A stretch of 64,000 nucleotides of DNA, taken from the NCBI GenBank assembly GCA_049510745.1, contig JBEKYR010000003.1:1-64000 (forward strand). The letters are read 5' to 3'. The notes under the pieces are model-generated. The model was not told the origin of the DNA. It did no database searches and worked only from the letters and a program-made list of their open reading frames with translations. Positions within the stretch are counted from its first letter, which is position 1. Every line of letters begins with the position of its first letter. Both the position numbers and the translations under genes were made by a program. Source of the stretch: Verrucomicrobiota bacterium. Its GTDB lineage: Bacteria; Verrucomicrobiota; Verrucomicrobiia; Limisphaerales; Palsa-1400. Positions 55,470-62,377 of the stretch are shown one piece after another.

Positions 55470-55485
55470 ATGACAGTTTTGTCAT
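55470..55485. promoter_or_regulatory. CusR/CopR-type box upstream of the PepSY gene
   Basis: Perfect dyad ATGACA-GTTT-TGTCAT about 32 bp upstream of a minus-strand TAGCAT -10 (55432-55437). Confidence 0.65.
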
Positions 55486-55504
55486 CTTCCGGCTCGCCGT
55501 GGAT

Positions 55505-55837
55505 TTAGCGCCGGCCAAACTGGATGAGCAGCCCGCCGGCCAGAATGAGCGCCAGCCCAATCCACGTCGAGGGCGGCACCGTTTCCCTGAAAACAAAGCG
55601 CCCGCAGAGAATGCTGACCAGCGCAAAAAACCCGACGTACACCCCCAGCAACTTGGAGAAATCCCACGGCACGGAATTGACCAGCAGCGCGTACCCCGCC
55701 AGCAGCGCGCATCCCGCCAGGATGGATAGAACGCCGCCGCCCCGCAAACCGCGTCGCACCGCCGCGTCGCCCGCGACTTCCAGCGACGCCGCCATGACGA
55801 AAATCACCCACGCAAACCTGTTCATCAAATCATGCAT
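55505..55837 (-). CDS. Small 4-TM membrane protein (YnfA/SMR-like)
   Basis: AASLEVAGD with an intramembrane Glu, four hydrophobic helices, and FSKLLGVYVGFF. Confidence 0.7.
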   Translation of the reverse strand: MHDLMNRFAWVIFVMAASLEVAGDAAVRRGLRGGGVLSILAGCALLAGYALLVNSVPWDFSKLLGVYVGFFALVSILCGRFVFRETVPPSTWIGLALILAGGLLIQFGRR

Positions 55838-55867
55838 AATACTCCGCTTCCCGAGGCGCCGCCCGGT

Positions 55868-56170
55868 CTAATCCCCAAAGAGTTTCTTCAACTTGTCGCG
55901 GGCGGCGTCTTCGCGCGGGTTGTGGTCGGTCTTGGGGACAAAGGCGCGCCGGAAAAAATCGAAGTATTCGCAGAAATTTCCCGCGGCTTTTTCCATCACC
56001 GGCTCGGCCCGGCGGTCGCGGCATTGATGGGCGAAGCGCGGATCGTAGCTGGCGCAGTTGAGGCAGACACGCAAGTCCGCGTTGCAGCGGTCGCAGGTAT
56101 CGCCGCGTCCGGGGAAACCGGGCCTTGCCCACTCCCACCCGCAATTGTGGCAATGTCGAGTCTCAGTCAT
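55868..56170 (-). CDS. Small Cys-rich putative metal-binding protein
   Basis: CHNC, CDRC and CLNC plus two further Cys (QCR, FCEYF) in 100 aa. Confidence 0.8.
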   Translation of the reverse strand: MTETRHCHNCGWEWARPGFPGRGDTCDRCNADLRVCLNCASYDPRFAHQCRDRRAEPVMEKAAGNFCEYFDFFRRAFVPKTDHNPREDAARDKLKKLFGD

Positions 56171-56380
56171 TCCCCTCCATTATATCGGTTTTCAGGGCGG
56201 ACGCCAGACCGGGTTGCGGGAAAAACGGGGGCGAAGCCGAACGTGTTCCGGCGCAAATGCAACTTAAAAATTTGGCAAATTGCACTTTTACATCTGGACG
56301 GCGCAATCGGTTGTGGCCTACAAGAAGTAAGCCCGGGCTGACCTGAAGCGGCTTGGGGAAAATTCAAATGTCCGAGTTGT

Positions 56381-57061
56381 GTGAGGCCAATCGAAAAGAG
56401 CGCGCGCCCGGTCGGGACGGGACCGGAGATCGCACCGAGTGAAGCGGCAAATCTGCTGGGCGATTTTTCCGCCCTCTTGCAGCAGATTGGCTCGCCCGTT
56501 GTCAGCGCCGCGCTTCCCAGCCCGAAGGGCGGCGCAACCCCCGGGGAATTCCCGGCCCTGCAAGAGTTCCTGGAGGCTTACCTGTCGGAAATCCTCCTGC
56601 CCTTGGAATTGCCGGCCATCGTCGAGGCTTGCGGCCACGCCCGGCGCGGTGAACTGCGCGAATTGATCGCCCAGGATCAGCGCTTGAACGCGCCCCTGCG
56701 CCTGACGCCCTTCGCCGGGCCGAGCCGGCAGATTGGACGGCTGCAATTGACCCGAATGCGTCCCTTGCGCGATGATCGCACGGTGCAACGCTACCTGGCG
56801 GCGGTCGAATCAGGCCACGCCCACGGCTGGCACACGGTGGTCTATGGGTTGACTTTGGCCGTGTATTCGCTGCCCTTGCGCCAGGGGCTGCTCTACTACG
56901 CGCAGGAAACGCTTGCCGGACTGGCGGGCGCGGCGGCCCGCGGGGCCGGCGGCGCGCAATCCGACTTGTCCCGCGCGCTGGAGGATTTGCTGGCACGGGT
57001 GCCTGCCGCCGTCGAAGCCAGCCTGGCCGGGAACGGGGCGCCGGGCGCCGGGCCGGAGTAA
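56381..57061 (+). CDS. UreF-like (urease accessory) protein
   Basis: All-helical, with QDQRL...PSRQIGRLQL and GHAHGWHTVVYGL...L resembling UreF (S.q.G..l; H..v.fG). Divergent N-terminus. Confidence 0.6.
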   Translation: MRPIEKSARPVGTGPEIAPSEAANLLGDFSALLQQIGSPVVSAALPSPKGGATPGEFPALQEFLEAYLSEILLPLELPAIVEACGHARRGELRELIAQDQRLNAPLRLTPFAGPSRQIGRLQLTRMRPLRDDRTVQRYLAAVESGHAHGWHTVVYGLTLAVYSLPLRQGLLYYAQETLAGLAGAAARGAGGAQSDLSRALEDLLARVPAAVEASLAGNGAPGAGPE

Positions 57062-57105
57062 ATTCATTTGGCATCCTCCCGCCCCCCGGCTGTATCCTCG
57101 CGCGC

Positions 57106-58698
57106 ATGGCGACGGCACCCTCCAGCTTTCTGAACACGGCGGATTGGGCCGTTATTCTTTTTTACATGGGGGGCATCATTGTTTTGGGGAGCTGGTTCGG
57201 CAAGGACCAGCACAATACGCGCGACTATTTTCTCGGCGGCAAGGACATTCCGTGGTGGGGCATCGGGCTGTCGATTGTCGCCGCGGAGACCAGCGCGCTG
57301 ACGATCATCGGGGTTCCGGCCATGGCCTACGCCAGGAACGGGAACCTGGCCTTCATTCAATTGATCATCGGTTACGTCATTGCCCGCGTCATTTTGGCGG
57401 CGGTGATGGTGCCCTATTATTTCAAGGGGGAAATCTACTCGCCTTACCAACTCTTTTCCGGCGCCTTTGGCGAAAGTGCGCGCAATACCGCCGCCGGGCT
57501 TTTTCTTCTGAACGGCGCGCTTTCGGCGGGAGTGCGCGTGTATGTCGCCTGCATTCCCATCTCCTTGATGTTGGGCCGGAACGCGCTGGGCGCGTTCGGC
57601 GGCGGGGACCCGGTCCTGGGCGCCATTGTGTTGTTCGTCGTGCTTTCGCTGCTCTACACCTACGTGGGCGGCGTCAAGGCGGTGATCTGGACCGATGCGG
57701 TTCAATTCGGGCTTTTCCTGCTGGGGGGCGTCTTCGCCTTGTGTTATATCCCGCACCTCTTCGCGGGAGGAGCGCGCGAAGCCTGCCATCTGGCGGCGGC
57801 GGGCGGAAAACTCCGTTGGTTCAACGCCTCCGTCTCGTGGACCTCGCTCTGGCAGGAACCGATGAATATCTGGATGGGCGTCATCGGCGGCACGGTCATG
57901 GTCATGTCCTCCCACGGCGCCGATCAATTGATCGTGCAGCGGGTGCTGGCCTGCAAAACGGTGCGCGACGGCCGGTGCGCGTTGATTTTAAGCGCGGTCG
58001 TCATTCTCCCGCTCTTTTTGATCTTCCTGCTCGTCGGAGCGATGCTTTGGGCTTATTACCAGAAATTCCCCATGCTCATTCCCCTGCCGGAAGTCAGACC
58101 CGGCAGCGGAATCAAGGCCAATGATTACATCTTCCCAATTTTCATCATGTCGGTCGTGCCGCACGTTTTGAAAGGGCTGCTCATCGTGGCCATCCTCTCG
58201 GCCGCCATGTCGTCGGTCAGCTCGGCCCTGACCTCGCTGGCCTCGGTTTCGACGATGGATTTTGGCAGGAAGTTGTTGCCGGGCAAACCGGAGGCCTTCT
58301 TTCTGCGGTTCAGCAAGATCTCGACCGTGCTGTGGGCCGCGGTGCTCATTGTGGTGGCCTTCTTGAGCCGGTATTCCCCGCGGGTGCTCGACACGGCTTT
58401 TTTGTTGCGCGGCCTGACCAGCGGCGGGCTGCTGGGGGGATTGTTTCTGGCGCTGTGGTGGAAACGCGGCTCGGCCAAGCCGGTCATTCTGGGCATGCTT
58501 TCCTCGGTGGCCGTGATGACCTGGCTCTGCCGTCCGCACGGGGGGTTTCTCCTCTATTGGCCGTGGCAGACGATGATCGGCTGCGCGGTGACGCTCCTGG
58601 TGGCGATTCTCACACGGCGGCTGCTGCCCTCCGCCGCCGGGCGCTTATCAGTGCCGTCGGGAGCCAAGCCTCAAGCCACCGGGGAAAATGACGAATGA
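57106..58698 (+). CDS. Sodium:solute symporter family protein
   Basis: DYFLGGK, SIVAAETSA, GGVKAVIWTD, DQLIVQRVLA and AILSAAMSS. Confidence 0.93.
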   Translation: MATAPSSFLNTADWAVILFYMGGIIVLGSWFGKDQHNTRDYFLGGKDIPWWGIGLSIVAAETSALTIIGVPAMAYARNGNLAFIQLIIGYVIARVILAAVMVPYYFKGEIYSPYQLFSGAFGESARNTAAGLFLLNGALSAGVRVYVACIPISLMLGRNALGAFGGGDPVLGAIVLFVVLSLLYTYVGGVKAVIWTDAVQFGLFLLGGVFALCYIPHLFAGGAREACHLAAAGGKLRWFNASVSWTSLWQEPMNIWMGVIGGTVMVMSSHGADQLIVQRVLACKTVRDGRCALILSAVVILPLFLIFLLVGAMLWAYYQKFPMLIPLPEVRPGSGIKANDYIFPIFIMSVVPHVLKGLLIVAILSAAMSSVSSALTSLASVSTMDFGRKLLPGKPEAFFLRFSKISTVLWAAVLIVVAFLSRYSPRVLDTAFLLRGLTSGGLLGGLFLALWWKRGSAKPVILGMLSSVAVMTWLCRPHGGFLLYWPWQTMIGCAVTLLVAILTRRLLPSAAGRLSVPSGAKPQATGENDE

Positions 58699-58801
58699 CG
58701 AAAACCTAATGACGAAGGAATGCTCAAATGACTCAATGACGAAACCTTCGTCATTCGTGCTTCGTCATTCTTTAGTCATTCGGTTTTCGTCATTAGTCAT
58801 T
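58687..58801. repeat. Large imperfect hairpin (about 55-bp arms) built from AATGAC(G/T)AA units
   Basis: The left arm AATGACGAATGACGAAAACCTAATGACGAAGGAATG matches the reverse complement of the right arm (AATGACTAATGACGAAAACCGAATGACTAAAGAATG). It overlaps the symporter stop codon. Confidence 0.9.
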
Positions 58802-58880
58802 CTTGTCAAGAACCGGGACGCGCCATCCGCCGCAAAGAACGAACATTGAACCCGGAAAGAATCTTTGCAACACTGGCCTC

Positions 58881-59489
58881 ATGGCCATCACGCCCAGACA
58901 ATTCGAACAACTCCAGGCCCGGTTGGGCGGCCCGAAACGTTCGCCCGTCCCGGTTTTCGAGAGCGCGCTGCGGCCGCTCTCCGCCAAGGCCCGGATCATC
59001 ATTGGTGTTGACCCGTCGATGCGGGCCACCGGTTACGGCGTCATCCAGACCGGAAAACCCGCCCCGCGCGCCCTGGCGCACGGCACCATTGTCTGTCCCG
59101 CCGGCTGGGAGCGTTCCCGCTGCCTGGCCAGGATCGCCCAGACGTTGCGGGACCTCGTCGCCCGGCACCGCCCGGCGGCGTGCGCGATCGAGGGCCTGTT
59201 TTACGCGCAAAACCTGCAAACCGCCCTGATCATGGGCGAAGCGCGCGGCGCGGCGCTGGCGGCCCTGGGCGAAGCGGGAGTGGAGATTTATGAAATTGCC
59301 CCGCGCAAGGTCAAGCAGGCGATTGTCGGCTACGGCGCGGCCCAGAAAATAGCGGTCGCCAAAATGGTGCAGCGCCTCCTGCAACTGCCCAAGCCGCCCG
59401 CGCCGGACGCCGCCGACGCCCTGGCCGTCGCCTTGGCCTACGCGCAGGAATCGGGCCGCTACAGCCTGGGCGGGCTGAAGAAGATTTGA
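58881..59489 (+). CDS. ruvC: Holliday junction resolvase RuvC with N-terminal extension
   Basis: IIGVDPS...TGYGVI, AIEGLF, GEARG, VKQAIVGYGAAQK and DAADALAVA. Confidence 0.93.
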   Translation: MAITPRQFEQLQARLGGPKRSPVPVFESALRPLSAKARIIIGVDPSMRATGYGVIQTGKPAPRALAHGTIVCPAGWERSRCLARIAQTLRDLVARHRPAACAIEGLFYAQNLQTALIMGEARGAALAALGEAGVEIYEIAPRKVKQAIVGYGAAQKIAVAKMVQRLLQLPKPPAPDAADALAVALAYAQESGRYSLGGLKKI

Positions 59490-59509
59490 GGAATTATCCG
59501 CGCGATCTG

Positions 59510-59729
59510 GGGTCACATCTAAACCGGAACGATGCAGAAGGATTGGGGAGCGCGGGCGTCCTCGCCTGCAGCCTTCGGCGTCTCGCCGAAGGCATTCGAT
59601 CCCGGAGGACTTGGCGGTCACATCCAAACATTCGACATTTTGCTTTAGAGGACAGGCCGTACGGGTGAACGGCACGGCTTCAATTTCCGGAACCGGCAGC
59701 CAAAATGTAGAATGTTTAGATTTGACTCC
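59510..59729. repeat. Composite REP/MITE-like structure with 29-bp imperfect inverted repeats and an internal palindrome
   Basis: GCGGTCACATCCAAACATTCGACATTTTG (59614-59642) matches the reverse complement of 59701-59729 at 24/29. An extra partial copy GGGGTCACATCTAAAC is at 59510, and GCCTTCGGCG-TCT-CGCCGAAGGC at 59571-59593. Confidence 0.75.
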
Positions 59730-59880
59730 GATTCACATGACCAAGAAACTCAGCGGCTACGACCACCTTTGGTCTGTCCGCATCAACGAGCAATATCGCG
59801 CCATAGGCGAACGCCACGGCGACACCATGGTCTGGGTTTGGGTGGGCACGCACAACGAGTTCGACAATCTCTTCGGTTGA
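59730..59880 (+). pseudogene. 5'-truncated ParE/RelE-like toxin
   Basis: KKLSGYDHLWSVRINEQYRAIG...VWVWVGTHNEFDNLF* is the C-terminal half of a RelE/ParE-like toxin. The N-terminal half is replaced by the repeat. Confidence 0.72.
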
Positions 59881-59904
59881 GTGAACCCTGACAGAAGCAG
59901 AGGA

Positions 59905-60303
59905 TCATTTCGCTTTCCGTTCCCGGTCTTCCCTTTCAACAATCATTTTGTAAGCGGGCCAACGGGCGACCATCTTCCCCAGTGCTTCGTTGTGAGCCTC
60001 CGAATAGGCGCATTTGGGCCCGTTACGAAAGGTGAATGGTGAATATTCGGACGGACCGAGGGGACAATGCATATTTGTCGAGAATGGGCCACCCATGAAT
60101 TGCCACAAATCCGCTTGGCTGATCGGCGTATCAACTGAAAGACTCGCCTCCAACATGTGCGACCGCGCCATATCCCAGAGCATCCCCATTTGCTGCACGC
60201 ACTTTGTCTCCATTGCAGCCCTTCTATGGAGATTGATCCCCGCTACTGTCAGGGCCGCGATGGATGGCAGGCCGACGATCGCCAAAATGAGTTTACCGCG
60301 CAT
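59905..60303 (-). CDS. Hypothetical membrane-anchored protein, pilin-like Cys pattern
   Basis: N-terminal hydrophobic helix, then KCVQQM...CPLG..Y...PKC. Lower GC than flanking core genes. Confidence 0.55.
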   Translation of the reverse strand: MRGKLILAIVGLPSIAALTVAGINLHRRAAMETKCVQQMGMLWDMARSHMLEASLSVDTPISQADLWQFMGGPFSTNMHCPLGPSEYSPFTFRNGPKCAYSEAHNEALGKMVARWPAYKMIVEREDRERKAK

Positions 60304-60542
60304 AATTAACTCTCAATCCGATGTCCTCAACCGTAATCCGTCGGCACTTCCGATTCAACCGGTGATTCGCGCTGCTGTGAACAACTGCACAACTGGGGTC
60401 ACCCAGAGTTTGTTTTTTTGCTCTGGTCCAAACTTGGTTGACATGCGATTTCCCGCCGGGTCATCGCCATTTATGTGGAGTTCCACATAACGCCGTGACT
60501 ATTCAATGTGTGCGGTTGAGCGGCCCCGTCAAGAGATGCCTT

Positions 60543-61034
60543 TCAGCCAAGGCTCAGCACGGCCAGCACCACCAGGTTGACGTAAACGGCCGCCAGCACG
60601 TCGTCCACAGTCACGCCCAGCCCGCCGGGCAGGCTCTGGCTTTGGCGCACGGGCCACGGCTTGGCCACGTCGAAAAGGCGGAAGAGGATGAAGACACTGA
60701 TAGTTGACAGCCAGTGCGCGCAGAAATACCCGGGACCGGGCCAGCGGTGCTCCCGGAGGCAAATCACGGCCAGCCAGCCGGTGAAGCAGAGGGGCATGGC
60801 GACGATTTCATCCAGCACCACGCAGCCGGGGTCCTTCCGGTTGAGGGTCCGTTCCGCCGCGCCGCACAGCCAGATGGAAAGGGCGATGGCGGCGGCGTTC
60901 GCGCCCAGGAAGAGCGGCCAGGAGGGCAGTGTCAAGAGCAGGGCCAGCCAGCCCAAACCGACGAGCGACCCGAACGTTCCCGGCGCCACCGGAATGCGGC
61001 CCACGCCGAAGCCCTGGGCAATCCACAGCTTCAT
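60543..61034 (-). CDS. pgpA: Phosphatidylglycerophosphatase A
   Basis: APGTFGSL, KDPGCVVLDEI, FRLFDVAKPWP and GVTVDDVLAA. Confidence 0.93.
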   Translation of the reverse strand: MKLWIAQGFGVGRIPVAPGTFGSLVGLGWLALLLTLPSWPLFLGANAAAIALSIWLCGAAERTLNRKDPGCVVLDEIVAMPLCFTGWLAVICLREHRWPGPGYFCAHWLSTISVFILFRLFDVAKPWPVRQSQSLPGGLGVTVDDVLAAVYVNLVVLAVLSLG

Positions 61035-61618
61035 AAATCCATCATGTAGAGCTTGCGATTGCGCCAGAGATAAATCCCGCCGGAGGTGAAGGTCAGAACC
61101 ACCGCCACCCAGAGGGAAAGAGTCGTAAACCAGTTGACCCAGGGTTCCCCGAAGAGATCGATGCCAAACGGTTCGCCCACCACTCCCACCTGCCGGTAGG
61201 AGTGCAACACCAGCACGGAAAGGATGGCCACGATTTGCGAAATCGTCTTGTGTTTGCCGAATCGTTCCGCCGCCAGGACCAGGTTCTTGGACGCGGCCAG
61301 CAGGCGCAGCCCAGTGATGGCCAATTCCCGCGCCACCACCACGACCACCATCCAGGCCGGCATCCAGCCCCGGCCCACGAACGCGATGAACGCCGAGCAA
61401 ACCAGGATTTTGTCCGCCAGCGGGTCCATCAAAATGCCAAAATTGGTGATCAGATTGTCGCGGCGCGCGATCTTGCCGTCAAAATAGTCGGTCAGGCTCG
61501 CCGCGCTGAAAAGCAGCAGCGAGAGGGTCTCGTAATAGGGCGCTCCGGTGAAAATGACGGCCAGGAACGCTCCGGTCAGGACAAAGCGAGAGAGGGTCAA
61601 TTTGTTCGGAACGTTCAT
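61031..61618 (-). CDS. pgsA: CDP-diacylglycerol--glycerol-3-phosphate 3-phosphatidyltransferase
   Basis: MNVPNKLTLSR and the CDP-alcohol motif TDYFDGKIARR...FGILMDPLADK. Confidence 0.95.
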   Translation of the reverse strand: MNVPNKLTLSRFVLTGAFLAVIFTGAPYYETLSLLLFSAASLTDYFDGKIARRDNLITNFGILMDPLADKILVCSAFIAFVGRGWMPAWMVVVVVARELAITGLRLLAASKNLVLAAERFGKHKTISQIVAILSVLVLHSYRQVGVVGEPFGIDLFGEPWVNWFTTLSLWVAVVLTFTSGGIYLWRNRKLYMMDL

Positions 61619-61906
61619 TCAGGCTTCAGATACGAAGCCGATATAAAGACAGATTCCGTCCGCGAAGCAAAGCAATTCCGCATGGCAATTCCGAATGGGA
61701 CGCATGCGGGGGCCAAAAATAAAGGGCCAAAAATAAAGCTTGCATTTTGGCGGGGAACGGGGCAGGTTTCGGTCAGCTTTAGATTGCGTTGTCCAATTCC
61801 AACATGGTGAATCTTCAAGTGAACTTGGTTCAGTGATGATTTGAAACCCGACAGACGGGAACAGTTCCGGGAAGCCGCCAGCGATTCTAAAACCATTAGA
61901 AGACAA

Positions 61907-62218
61907 ATGAATACGAAATTGTACGTGGGAAATCTTTCCTTCGACACCACCGAGAACGATCTGCAAGATCTGTTCCAGCAGCATGGCCCCGTTTCCGAGG
62001 TGAATCTTATCACCGACCGCATGAGCGGCCGCTCGCGCGGCTTCGCCTTTGTGACCATGGCCACGCCGGAAGGCGCCCAGGCCGCCATTCAAGCCCTGGC
62101 GGGCAAGGATGTGCAGGGCCGCGCCTTGACCGTCAATGAAGCGCGTCCGCGCGAAGAGAACGCCCCTCCCCGAGGCGGTGGTGGCGGCGGCCAGCGCCGT
62201 CAGTACTCACGCCGTTAA
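61907..62218 (+). CDS. RRM (RNP-1) RNA-binding protein with Gly-rich tail
   Basis: RNP2 KLYVGNL, RNP1 RGFAFVTM, and [12 protein letters not shown]. Confidence 0.95.
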   Translation: MNTKLYVGNLSFDTTENDLQDLFQQHGPVSEVNLITDRMSGRSRGFAFVTMATPEGAQAAIQALAGKDVQGRALTVNEARPREENAPPRGGGGGGQRRQYSRR

Positions 62219-62377
62219 TCCGGCTTTTCGCCGGCCTGACCGTTTGCGCGGCCAGGCCGGTCCTCTCCCTGTTTCGCATTTTTCGGGCCGTCGCGCCCGT
62301 TCCGCCCGTTATCCAGACACGCCTCCGGCTTAACTTGGGGATTGTCACCCCGCGCCGGGCCTTGTAAGGCTGCATCC

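Noticed and set aside
60440..60500. Integron attC/attI site (TTATGTGGA-g-TTCCACATAA dyad, GTTATGT) near the low-GC ORF
   Set aside because: There is no integrase, no complete R''-L''-L'-R' arrangement and no cassette array.
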